Positions 1 to 11,440 of a stretch of DNA of 64,000 bases are shown here, piece by piece. Each line of letters begins with the position of its first letter. Positions within the stretch are counted from its first letter, which is position 1. This stretch comes from an uncultured Nitrososphaeraceae archaeon (lineage in GTDB: Archaea > Thermoproteota > Nitrososphaeria > Nitrososphaerales > Nitrososphaeraceae). The stretch covers positions 64,001-128,000 of the forward strand of contig CAWIMJ010000050.1 of the NCBI GenBank assembly GCA_963837175.1, given 5' to 3'. The notes beneath the pieces were generated by a model that was not told the DNA's origin, did not search any database, and was given only the letters and a program-made list of their open reading frames with translations. The translations under genes were made by a program, and so were the position numbers.

Positions 1-49
1 CACATAATTGACTAATGATTAGTAATAGTCGAATATGCCATTTGTCGAT

Positions 50-289
50 TGTTATCTATCCCCTTCTGAAAGACTAAGAATAGCATAAAATTTCCTTCAG
101 CTCTTGTGGACCATTTCTTGCAATTGACAAGGATTATCTGGCTTGTTTCTCTAATGCAGCTTCTGGTTTTAGATAATCGAGAAATATTCTGAATCGACTA
201 GGATATTGTCTTCTTGACTTTGCTGCTGCTTTTAGAGCATACATAAATAATGTGATGGGGTCTCGCTCGTCTTCTCCAATAGACAACAT
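50..289 (-). pseudogene. N-terminal relic of a Nitrososphaeraceae-type tyrosine recombinase/integrase
   Basis: From ATG at 289: MLSIGEDERDPITLFMYALKAAAKSRRQYPSRFRIFLDYL..LEKQAR*, resembling the DP..LF.YALKA...RQYP.R...FLD N-terminus of these integrases; in-frame stop follows and no catalytic domain is seen; left end approximate. Confidence 0.55.
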
Positions 290-507
290 AATTATTTTCA
301 TGTATTATTATGACCTGGTGCTAGTTGAAATGTCAAGATTATTTTTGGGTTGAAAACGATCAGAATCAATATGTCATGATAAATTAGACTTTGCATTTAT
401 ATGTTTTATCAAACCTGAAGCTAAATACTATAGATGGAAGGAAAGTTTCGATTGTTATTATGTTTCTTAGATAGACAAAATCTACACTGGCTCTGTTGGT
501 ATCTATT

Positions 508-2002
508 CTATAGAGAAGCCGATATTTTATAAATTGATCCAGAATAGGTAAGAACATACAGATTACCATCATACGGGCTAACTTTTATATCAGTAATTAC
601 ACCAAATCCTTTTCCAAATATTGTTTCCTGCATTTCATCTGGAGTATCTGCAATTTTATCTGCAAGCGGACTACCAGCAGCAAACAACAATCCTGTTCTT
701 TCAGGATTTAATTTAAAATTATAGAGCCAGCCAAGATTAGTATCACCTATGAACATAGTATTTTGGTATTGTTTTCCTAACTTGTCGGAGTTGAGGAATT
801 TAAGTGCAGTTACACCAAGTGGTGCAGTCCAAACAAACTCTGGATCGCTATATTGGCTATTTGCACCAAAATTAACTAAATCAGTAGCAGGATTTATTGT
901 TGCTGTTGAATCTGTTGCTGCTGTTGTCTCTGATGAAGAATCTTCTGAATCACCTTCTGATCCTTCTGTACTTGCATCTTTTACAAACCCGTGAATCTTT
1001 GAATGTCCGCTATTAAATCCTGGTTCAACTAGGTTAATTTCATCTGCTGATGTAGGACCATTCTCTGTATCCCATAATTTTCCAGTCATAGGATCAAAGT
1101 CCATTCCAAAAGTATTACGTATACCATAGGCATAGTAGTAAGGACTCATTGGCTGTGTGGATCCTAATGGAGGATTTGGTTGTACTTGACCATCCTGTGT
1201 CACTCTAAGTATGCCGCTAGTTCCATCAAGTGGTGCTCCATCAAGAACATTCTGAGCTTGACCCTTGTGAACTACAACATTACCAATACCAACATATACA
1301 TAATTATCAGTAGGGTCAATCAATACTTTACCACCATAATGGTCTCTTGAAGCAGCTTCTCTACCTGGTGGTGGATGAGCTGGAAGATCCAAAAGTAATT
1401 TTGGATTTACTAACTGATTGTCTACTAACTCATATCTATAAAGACGATTGCCTAATACATTTTCTTCTGAATCAGCGTCAACACCATCTGTTGCGCCGCT
1501 AGATTCAGTATAGTATAAGAAAACATAGGTAGGGCTTATAGTGTTGCTCGCTGCATTTGTGTTGCTATTATTGTTTACCCTTGCAGCAATTCCTAACATT
1601 CCTCTCTCCTTTAGATTAGCAACGCTCACATCAAGAAGTGCTTCTGGATTCAATTGGCCATTTATGATTCTCTTTACCATACCTGTATTTTTTTCTGTCA
1701 CCAAAATGTCATTTGGACCCACAAATGCCATACCAGTAGGGTAGTCAAGTCCAGTAAAGATTTGTTCTAATTTTAGATTAGGATCATTAAGTGTAGGTCC
1801 TTCTGGGAGAGGTTTAGACTTGGTATTATGAATTGTAGTAGGGATATCATCTGTAGAACTAGTAGTGGGAGAATCAGAAGAGCTAGAAGCTTGTGCTAGA
1901 TTTGCTATTGGTAGATAGCTTAGTGTTAAAAGTAAAATTAATGATAGAAGAAAACCTGTAAGAAGCTGAGCTTTTATATTCCTCGTAGAAAAATGATGGC
2001 AT
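508..2002 (-). CDS. Secreted PQQ-dependent aldose sugar dehydrogenase (GSDH/sGDH six-bladed propeller)
   Basis: ERGMLGIA, HYGG, YGIRNTFG, DEINL, ITDI motifs. The frame stays open upstream of 1731 through a signal peptide (RNIKAQLLTGFLLSLILLL); the ATG at 2002 is out of frame by one base in a T5 run near 1990. Confidence 0.9.
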
Positions 2003-2987
2003 CTTGTATAATATAAATATATACTTTGTTACATGATTACCTAAACTGCAAGACTATGCTCTGTAATTACTCATGTAATCTTACTAATAATGTCATACAA
2101 AGCTGCTTTAGAAAGGCTGTATGTACTCTAACACATGAAGTTCTTATTTCCTTTCCTGATAGTTTTAGAATGGGAATAGATCTGCTTAGAAGCCTAAGAC
2201 AATAGATTAAGTATAAACCACTTTATTCAAGTAAATGATCAAGAATGATTATTATTATTATTTTTATTATTTACATTATTTACCTATTGTGACTGTTTAG
2301 TTACACATTATCAGCTTTAAACATATTTGCTTCGCAACTATTATTATATTAAGATAGACTTTAGTCACAAAATATTTTTATTATTATAAAAATTATACCA
2401 TCAGTAGCAACAAAGAGATCAGAGAACAAGAGCAGACCTTGTATATATGTGAAAAACTAATTGGCATTATTCTTTTATCATATAATTACACAACTTTGTA
2501 TTAGAGTTGACCTGAAAATGATATTTAATTTATTATCATCATTGCTCTTAAATGTTCCATCAATCGTATTAATCATAATTAATGAGATAAAAATAATATA
2601 GTTAAACTTTGGATCTGTATGCAGCAAAATACAAATTTTGTGTGTTGCAAACTATTAGATGTCTACGTACTTCACATCTCTTTATTTGTGCTTGCATCTC
2701 CAATACGTCTCCTAATCTTACCTATATCACGTAAGGAATTTCCTGCACAAATTCTTGATTGCTGGAATCGTTGTAATTACTGTTAAAGAGGAAGACATAG
2801 AAGAGCTATAATAACACCAAGTAGAAGATAAGGAGAAATAAGATGATGAATAATAAATAATGGCTCCACTACTTTTATTGTACTTGACATGGAAAGCATT
2901 TCACTATCCTTATTGTTTTTTTCTCTAATTCTTTTTTATTGTTAACATTCACTCTCAATACTGTATTATCGATATAAATTAATCTTC

Positions 2988-4774
2988 TTACTGTATTATT
3001 GATCCCCCATCACTAATAGTGCCATTATCTATAGGAAGTAATCTGTATATTTCTCCATGGCCATACGAAACAACATACAAATAACCATCAGGTCCTACTT
3101 GTAGATCAGTAATTATACCGAAGTTGCTTCCAAATGTTACATCTTGTAATTCCTCATCAGTATCTGCCATCTTATCATCTAGCGGACTATCAAGAACTAA
3201 TTCCGTTCTGTTATCGTTTAAGTTAAAGTTAAATATTCTTCCTCCCTTAACATTTCCTACAAACATATCATTTTCATATTGTGTTCCTAATTTATCTGAA
3301 TCAAGGAATGTGATTGCAGTAGGAGCAACTGTATCATACCAATCAAATTTAGGATCGCTGTATTTTCCTTTTCCTCCAAAGTCCACTAGATCTCTGTTGG
3401 GATCAAATCCGGTGTCATTGGCTGCCAATCCCCTTATCTGTCTCCATCCGCCATTAGATCCTGCTTGAAAAAGATTAATTTCATCATGATGATTTGGTCC
3501 ATTTTCTGTCTCCCATAGGTTTCCAGTTACAGGATCAAAACCAATTCCGAAACTATTTCGTATTCCATATGCATAATATTTGTTTAGAGGATGTTCATTT
3601 CCAAATATACCTACACCTCCTACCACTTCGCCATTCTGAGTAACCCGAAGTATCCCCCCTCTTCCGTCAGGAGCTAACCCACTCGCATTATTTTGGGCAA
3701 GTGTATACGCACTTGGTATCCTAGCAAAGTTAAGGTCACCAGCTACAACATATACATTATTATCAGGACCTATTCTGACAACACCACCATCGTGGGAAGG
3801 TCCTGGTGTCGTCGGCAAGTCTAGAAGCAGTTTAGGATTTATAAGTTTATTATTTACTAATTCATACCTGTAAAGACGATTTCCCACAAGATTGCCACCG
3901 TCTTTTTCTAAGGTTTCACTGTAAAACAAGAAAACATATGCAGGTTGATCAGTTCCACTAGTTAGATTCTTTGATATAGCTATTCCAAGCAAACCTCTTT
4001 CACTTTCATTAGCAACATTGACATCAAGTAGTGGTTCTGGCAACATCTTACCATCTATAATCCTCTGTACTGTACCCTTGTCCTTCTCTATAACTAAAAT
4101 ATCATTAGGACCTAAGAATGCCATGCCAGTTGGAGCTTTTAGTCCACTAACAACCACTTCTGCCTTTAGATTGGGATCCTTAATTATCGGTACTTCTTTA
4201 GATTTCTGAGTAATGGGTTCGGGAGCAGCATTTATAGAGACATTAGCATTTGCCGTAGACGGAGGGGAAGTAGAAGTAGAAGGACTTATATTTTCACAGG
4301 TGGCCGTTGCACTGTCATTGTCAGCTGTACTAGCATCTGTAACTTTATCAATTCCTTCTCCACAGTTAAAAGTATCTTTGCCAGGTCCTCCTGTAAGAGT
4401 ATCATCTCCACGGCCTGCAATGAGTACGTCATTACCATCGTCACCAAATATCATATCATTTCCACTACCACCTCTAATTCTGTCATTTCCTTTGTCACCA
4501 TGGATGGTATCATCTCCATTACCACCTCTGATTTGATCACCTGCATCAAGACCAGATATCATATCATCTCCTCCATATCCATATATGTAATCTTTATCCG
4601 CAGTACCAGTTAGTGTATCAGGTCCTTCCGTTCCTGTTACATTAAGTGCCCATACATTTGCTACAGGTGATGGTAGCGATAATATTACACCAAATAGTGA
4701 TATTGCAGTTGTTGATAAAAATATGGTAATTATTGTTATCCCAATAATTGTCAATATTAAAACTCCTTTGACAT
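2988..4774 (-). CDS. RTX (hemolysin-type Ca-binding) repeat domain fused to a PQQ-dependent aldose sugar dehydrogenase
   Basis: GGxGxD repeats followed by GSDH motifs (ERGLLGIA, HDGG, YGIRNSFG). The paralog at 31101 places the start at ATG 4774, with one A missing from AAAA near 4768. Confidence 0.9.
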
Positions 4775-5389
4775 TTAGATTATAGAAGAAAAAGGCTAGA
4801 TATTATATAGCTTTGCAAAAATAAGCTATTTAATAAATAAAAATAAGAGCAGTTAGATGATTCAGAATTTGAAAGTATATGTAAAAAGAAATTCAATAGA
4901 GTAAATAGATTGAAAATAATCAATCAATCAAAGTACTTTCTTCCAATACTAAATATATCTATAAAGCTTATTGATAACCTGTTTCAATACCTAATGTCTT
5001 TTATTATCCTTTTTATGCTTTATTATATGAGAAGATTAATAGATTATGATTCTATCGATAGCTAGATATTGCCTTTAGAGTTGATTCATTATAAATATCG
5101 TATTGCATTATGTATCTTCTGAAATCGATGGCGTTTATATATATCATAATTGGAGCTTATAGAAAATTCATCCCACAGTGGAATCTATAATACAACATCT
5201 GAGATTTCAGACACCACAACAATTATTTTATCTTCACTTAAAATTAGTGTAAGAATAATACTATAAGACAATACTGAGAGGATATTAAGAATTACATTCT
5301 ATATTTATCAACAGAAGTATTATCCTTGTTATTATTATTACTATCCATAGTTCTGCAATATTTATAAATTCATTTAAACTTCTATTCCA

Positions 5390-6513
5390 TTGCTAATGAG
5401 AAATAACAAATCAGTCATAAATGTATTATCAATAGTAATTGTAGCATCTATCATGCTAGCAGCTAACTTTGTTTCACCTACCTTTGCTCAAAATAAGGCT
5501 AGTAATGATGATGGAAATAATGATGGAAGCTCTACTGATGGAAATAATGATGGAACTCTACTGATGGAAATAATGATGGAAGCGTTAGTGATGGAAGCTC
5601 TACTGATGGTAATGATCTTGGAAACTTTAAGTATGTCAAAAAGTTTGATAGCGATGGCAACTATATTGCTGGCTGGGGATCTAAAGGTACTGGGGACGGA
5701 CAATTTCTTCATGCCCATGGTATAGGTATTGATCGTTCTTCTGGTGATGTCTATGTAAGCGATGCAGAAAATTATAATATACAAAAATTTGATAGCAATG
5801 GCAAATTCATTACTAGCTGGGGTTCTGAAGGTACTGGTGACGGACAATTTTCAGTACCAGAAAGTATTGCCGTGGACTCTTCTGGAAATGTCTATGTAGC
5901 TGATCAAGGAAATAGCAATATACAAAAATTTGATAGCAATGGCAAATTCATTACTAGCTGGGGATCTAAAGGTACTGGCGAAGGACAATTCCATTTACTA
6001 TGGGGTGTAGGTGTTGATCCTTCTAGTAATGTGTACGCCACTGCTCAACAAGTTTTTGCAGTTCAAAAATTTGATAGCAATGGCAAATTCATTACTAGCT
6101 GGGGTTCTGAAGGTACTGGCGAAGGACAATTTGTCCATCTCCATGATGTAACAACCGATTCTCATGGTAATGTGTACGTTACTGATGGAAGAGAAAATTC
6201 ACGAGTTTCAAAATTTGATAGCAATGGCAAATTCATTACTAGCTGGGGTTCTGAAGGTTCTGGTAAAGGACAATTTATTGAAGATCATGGTATTGCCGTA
6301 AGTCCTTCTGGTAATGTCTATGTAGTGGATACACGAAATAATCGTATACAGGAATTTTCTTCTGATGGGACATTTATTCGTCAATGGGGTTCTGATGGCT
6401 GCGGTCCAGATCAATTTCTGATTCCACACGATATTGCTGTTGACTCTTCAAATAATGTATATGTAACTGACAGCGGGAACGTGCATTTCAAGGCGGATGT
6501 AACGTGTTCATAA
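5390..6513 (+). CDS. Secreted NHL-repeat six-bladed beta-propeller protein (one frameshift at ~5555)
   Basis: Signal peptide, DGNNDGSST repeats, then KFDSNGKFITSWGSxGTGxGQF blades; adding one G at 5555/5556 joins ORFs 5390 and 5872. Confidence 0.85.
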
Positions 6514-6577
6514 ACGTAAAAAACCTCATCAAAATGCAAGGAAGATAAAGCGAATTACGATCTTACTTTTAGATCCA

Positions 6578-6712
6578 CATTTCCCAACATTTCCCAACAA
6601 CATTTCCCAACAACATTTCCCAACAACATTTCCCAACATTTCCCAACAACATTTCCCAACATTTCCCAACATTTCCCAACAACATTTCCCAACATTTCCC
6701 AACAACATTTCC
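6578..6712. repeat. Intergenic tandem array of CATTTCCCAA (10 nt) and CATTTCCCAACAA (13 nt) units, 11 full units plus a partial
   Basis: Read directly from the sequence. Confidence 0.98.
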
Positions 6713-7152
6713 ATATCATAGATTATATTTCCAAAAATCCTCAATTAAAGATCAAAGTTGCACACATTGAAGAATTAACTCGCGACGATCCCTCATATAA
6801 TAACACTAAGATGGATGGAAATGGATATCTAACTCATAAACCTAAGAAATATCTAAGAAATATCCTTCAACATCTAATTCTGTGGCGTTTATGGAGTCAT
6901 ATAACAGAAGACATACCTCCTAAATAGAAGTTTGATTGACAGCGGACTAGCCAACTGATAGCACCTGAACGGCACACAGGTCTACTTGATTTGTTGTATT
7001 ATTTTTTGTGATCTGGTAGTATATATATATGCAACCTAACTATTGCAGAAAAAAAGATAAAACCGACAATTTTTGTCAGTCTACTAGTATACAGAAATTG
7101 CAAGCGCTGGGTGCAGCTTTATTTATCTGTCTTTTTTCTTCAAGATATTGTT

Positions 7153-8925
7153 TTACGGCAGTCCAAATGCAACTATAGATCCTCCTATTTTTTCTCCTTT
7201 TGGCAGACCTTGAATATCATCTTTCATTTTACCTTTACCAGTTGGTACAAAAAGCATTCCATCACCTATAGATGGCCCGACTTGTCCTATTGGAGCATTT
7301 ACATCAAACTCCCATAGCTTATTACCTGTTCGCTTATCCAATGCCAAGATTATTCCAGATTTTGTTTTTTCCGTATAGGGGATATAAGCAGCAAATACAA
7401 CGTCATCAGTAACTAATGGAGAAACTCTTGTGGGAAACTGTGTCTGGTATTGCCATTTAATTTTTCCTGTCATCAAATCTAATGCCATTATGGTTCCATT
7501 ATACGATCCTAGTCCAAAAGTATTAGGGCCTGCTACTACACGACCACCTATTCCATCTGTAAGATAGTTTAAACTTCTGTTTGTAGCTGTAATATAAAGA
7601 GTGTCATTGTCTACTGCATGATAACTGAAAACACCATAAGACCATATTATCCCACTCCCATTAGGCAATGGAATTACATCCGTGCGAAATTGCTTTCCTA
7701 CAGTTTTCCACCATATCTCTTTTCCTGTAGTGGCATCCATTGCCATGACATTTCCCATCTTGTCATGGCCTATCACAACTTTCTTTTGCGTACCATTATT
7801 CAATGTGACTTTAGTAATACTACTTCCCCATGAGGTATCCCAATCATGAGTGTCTGGTACTTTCACATCTAAAACGGTACCATGCGCTACGAATGGAGTA
7901 GCCCACACAATTTTTCCATTAGTGATATTTAATGCTACCATGTGATTTGAGTAAAGATTGGGTGTTTGTCTTGTAGTTGCATTGTAGTTTGGTGCTGCGC
8001 TTCCTAACGGTATATATACAATCCCTGTCTCTGGATCTAACGAACCACCAGACCAAGCCGTTGCCCCACCATTAGGTGGAGTCTTTCCTGGCTTAACCCA
8101 TTCTCCCGTCGTAGTCTCAAAATTCCATATTATTTTGCCATTAGTACCATTGAGAGCTGTTACATTTCCTCTTACCATCTCAGAACCCCCACCCGAACCT
8201 GCTATTATATAATCATTCCATACTATAGGAAAAGGATCAATTTTATAACCTAATTTAGGATCACCAAGGACTTGCGATTCCCATATTGTTTTACCATCCG
8301 TAGCATTAATTGCCATAATGGTGGCCTTAGATCCTGTACTTGCAAATAATATCGCATCATCATAAGCCAAACCCATTGTTGGTCCAATTCCTGCACTAAC
8401 CTTCCATATTACATGTCCAGTTCTAGTATCAAAAGCTAAAACATTACCACCATAATCTTGAACATAACCCCTATTGCCTATAATTATGGGTGGATCTTGT
8501 ATCTCAACATTGTTGATCAGTCTCCATTTAACTTGGAGTTTGTCTAAATTATGCTTTCCAATTATTGTCTGATTGCTACTTCTAGTCCCGTACATATCAT
8601 GATTAACCATAATCCAGTTATTCTCGTTTTTTTGTTCAACACCAATTTCCGTCTGTGTAGCAGACGTTAATTTTATCTTTTGAGAATTAAATAATTCTTG
8701 TCGAATACTATCTTTTGTATATTTCAATGAAGTTGCTTCTTTTTCCACTTCTGCTTTTGATTCTTGTTTTTTATTTTCAAGAAAAGATTGTTCTTGAAGA
8801 GAATTGGTTTTTAAAGTAATATCACTAACAATCATTGATAACTCAATTATCAACAAAATAAAAAGAAAAATAATTTCCAATCGAAAGGCTATTCTTGAAT
8901 GGATAATATTACCAAGTCCTTTCAA
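7153..8925 (-). CDS. Membrane-anchored PQQ-binding beta-propeller quinoprotein (alcohol/PVA dehydrogenase-like)
   Basis: N-terminal TM; repeated ALDxxTGKxxW tryptophan-docking motifs, GGATAWSGGSLDPETG, HDWD. Confidence 0.85.
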   Translation of the reverse strand: MKGLGNIIHSRIAFRLEIIFLFILLIIELSMIVSDITLKTNSLQEQSFLENKKQESKAEVEKEATSLKYTKDSIRQELFNSQKIKLTSATQTEIGVEQKNENNWIMVNHDMYGTRSSNQTIIGKHNLDKLQVKWRLINNVEIQDPPIIIGNRGYVQDYGGNVLAFDTRTGHVIWKVSAGIGPTMGLAYDDAILFASTGSKATIMAINATDGKTIWESQVLGDPKLGYKIDPFPIVWNDYIIAGSGGGSEMVRGNVTALNGTNGKIIWNFETTTGEWVKPGKTPPNGGATAWSGGSLDPETGIVYIPLGSAAPNYNATTRQTPNLYSNHMVALNITNGKIVWATPFVAHGTVLDVKVPDTHDWDTSWGSSITKVTLNNGTQKKVVIGHDKMGNVMAMDATTGKEIWWKTVGKQFRTDVIPLPNGSGIIWSYGVFSYHAVDNDTLYITATNRSLNYLTDGIGGRVVAGPNTFGLGSYNGTIMALDLMTGKIKWQYQTQFPTRVSPLVTDDVVFAAYIPYTEKTKSGIILALDKRTGNKLWEFDVNAPIGQVGPSIGDGMLFVPTGKGKMKDDIQGLPKGEKIGGSIVAFGLP

Positions 8926-9362
8926 TTAAAAACAACTTATTATAGCCAGATAAAAGTCTGTCGCTATAAATAGCTCTTGTAATTTCCTCCTTAAATATAT
9001 ACAAATAAAAGAATTATCACAAGATTGGAAATTGTGGTGGATATTATTTCACAAACATAGTCAGAATAGAGTATCGAGACATAGTTCCAATATCTTTTCC
9101 AACTTTGGATTTGAGATATCGACTATGGTTAAAGAAGAAGCAACTAGACCAGGACTCTCGGAATTCTTCCTAAAATTTATGGTATAACCAGATCTAATAT
9201 CTATGATTATCCAAGTTATATTTTTTATTGTAGATATCTATCGGTCCCATTTTTCAATATTCAATACATATAAGTCCTCGTATGCAGTCCCTTACGTATC
9301 AAGGCTTGTTGAATACAAAGTCTTTTGTTGTTGTGTAGTCGTCGGAATGATATTTATACTCG

Positions 9363-10760
9363 CTATGATGATGTACCATTTTGTATTTGTGGTTTAAGAT
9401 CTGCAGGAACTATTCTGTATATAGTTCCATCACCAAATGAGAGGACATATAGATAACCTTCAGGACTCACTTGCAGATCAGTAATTGAGTCAAATCCCTG
9501 ACCAAACAATATCGGTCTTAGTTCTTCAGCTGAAGCTTCTATTTTATCCGCCAGTGACCCATTTAAAATGAGACCTGTTCTGGTTTGGTTTAATTTAATA
9601 TTATAAATATTTCCAGCATTGAAATCTCCTACGAACATATCATTTTCATATTGTTTTCCCAATTTGTCAGAATGAAGAAACGTCATTCCAGTAGGAGCAC
9701 TGTTGTTAAACCATACAAAGGCGGGATCACTATATTTGCCTTTCCCACCAAAATTTTCAAGCTCAAGCATATTTGGATCGGCTCTTTTTGCAAAAGCACT
9801 AGAATTCAAAATAACTTTTCCTCCAATTGTTGTATCTTCAGTGCTCCAAAATCCCTGTATTTTTCTCCATCCACTATTAAAGCCAGGCTCGACTAGGTTA
9901 ATCTCGTCTCCAAATGCTGCTCCATTCTCTGTATCCCATAATTTGCCTGTTACATGATCAAAAGCAATTCCAAAGCTATTTCTCAGCCCATACGCATAGT
10001 ACTTCTTCAGAATAGGAGGGTCTGCATCACTTCCTAAAGGATTATCAGGTAGAGGTTGACCATCCTGGGTAATTCTGTATATAGCACTAGTTCCATTAAA
10101 ATCAGGTTTATTAGGAAAGTTCTGAGTTTTTGATCTGTAACCTAGATCACCAATAGTAAGATATACATTATTATCAGGTCCAATCACTACCTTTCCGCCA
10201 TTATGGGCTGGACCCGGAACGGCTGGAAGGTCTAAAAGCAGTACGGGGTTTACTAATTTATCTCCCACCAGTTCATACCTGTAAAGACGATTACCGTTAG
10301 GTTGTGGAGAAGCTGGATCACACTTATTTGGCTTAGGACAAATATCACTGCCTTCTACATTTGCTTCCGTATAATATAAGAAAACATAGGTAGTGCCATT
10401 TTCATGTTTTGATACAGCAATTCCTAACATTCCCCTCTCACTTTTATTCGCAACATTAACATCTAAAACAGGCTGTGGCTGGATGGTTCCATTTACAATC
10501 CTTTTTACTGTACCATTGTCTTTCTCTAGAACCAAAATATCGTTTGGAGCTAAAAATGCCATACTAGTAGGTTTTTCAAGATCTTCTGCAACTACTTCTA
10601 TTTTGATATTGGTATCACGTAAGATTGGACTTCCTCCATATCCTTCTAATCTTGCATTGGCTGGCTCAAAATAATTATTATAGTTATTGCCTACATTTAC
10701 AAGCAATATTGTTACCAAAAGTATAATCAAGACTGCCTTAGTGGAATATAACATAGACAC
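9363..10760 (-). CDS. Secreted PQQ-dependent aldose sugar dehydrogenase (GSDH)
   Basis: Signal peptide; ERGMLGIA, HNGG, YGLRNSFG, DEINL. Confidence 0.92.
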   Translation of the reverse strand: MSMLYSTKAVLIILLVTILLVNVGNNYNNYFEPANARLEGYGGSPILRDTNIKIEVVAEDLEKPTSMAFLAPNDILVLEKDNGTVKRIVNGTIQPQPVLDVNVANKSERGMLGIAVSKHENGTTYVFLYYTEANVEGSDICPKPNKCDPASPQPNGNRLYRYELVGDKLVNPVLLLDLPAVPGPAHNGGKVVIGPDNNVYLTIGDLGYRSKTQNFPNKPDFNGTSAIYRITQDGQPLPDNPLGSDADPPILKKYYAYGLRNSFGIAFDHVTGKLWDTENGAAFGDEINLVEPGFNSGWRKIQGFWSTEDTTIGGKVILNSSAFAKRADPNMLELENFGGKGKYSDPAFVWFNNSAPTGMTFLHSDKLGKQYENDMFVGDFNAGNIYNIKLNQTRTGLILNGSLADKIEASAEELRPILFGQGFDSITDLQVSPEGYLYVLSFGDGTIYRIVPADLKPQIQNGTSS

Positions 10761-10946
10761 TAAGACAGCATTGATTATCCTCTCTATTAATAGTTTATCG
10801 AATTATCGGATTAATTTAATATATATTATATAATATATGGCACGAGATTTTAAGATGATTTATGTCAAGCTCCAAAGGATAATTAAATACAAGATATATG
10901 CTCTTGAAATTGTGACCCACGTATATTTATAGTTGTTAGTATATTT

Positions 10947-11438
10947 ATGAGCATCTACAAGATAAAGAAGGTTCAATATTGGTTGGCCGGTGGCGCGACT
11001 ATAATGGTAATATTTGGTGTGTTATATTTACATGTATTGACACATAAGCAACTTCCATATTTTCTTGGCTCAGTTAGCTCTCGGGTTAATATGTACGATG
11101 AGACATTCGCTTCAGCGGTAAGCAATATCTCGAATTTTGTACCCAAAAATGAAACCTTAGTAATTACATCAAGCAGTGGCGTCATAAAATATTTTACTGG
11201 CCACCTTGTTAAGATTCCCTGGAAAGTAAACTCTCAGGATAAACTTGTACAATATATGATAGATAATAATTTTACATATCTCGTAGTGCCTGAAATTAGA
11301 GGAAATGGAAGTTCAGTTGAAACATTAAAACCATTATTTACAGATGAAGGATTAAGACGCTTAACTTTTGATTTTCAAAAGTTAGCAGAATTTGAGACAG
11401 AATTTAGTAGAATTCATCTATACAAAAAACTCCCCTAG
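10947..11438 (+). CDS. Membrane-anchored hypothetical protein resembling the soluble C-terminal domain of GT-C glycosyltransferases
   Basis: Single TM, then an alpha/beta pattern; abuts the GT-C gene at 11441. Confidence 0.5.
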   Translation: MSIYKIKKVQYWLAGGATIMVIFGVLYLHVLTHKQLPYFLGSVSSRVNMYDETFASAVSNISNFVPKNETLVITSSSGVIKYFTGHLVKIPWKVNSQDKLVQYMIDNNFTYLVVPEIRGNGSSVETLKPLFTDEGLRRLTFDFQKLAEFETEFSRIHLYKKLP

Positions 11439-11440
11439 AT

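Noticed and set aside
749-4536. Short antisense ORFs (749, 1541, 3124, 4018, 4213, and similar ones at 9651-10674, 31340, 33886, 48257, 48869)
   Set aside because: Shadow ORFs opposite well-supported genes
6578-6712. CRISPR array
   Set aside because: No unique spacers, units too short, no cas genes in the window
6529-6744. 71-aa ORF with GKCCWEMLGNV repeats
   Set aside because: It is only the translation of the 10/13-nt tandem array; the unit lengths are not multiples of three
6957-6973. 17-nt similarity to the reverse complement of the candidate ncRNA 5' end
   Set aside because: The match does not extend in either direction
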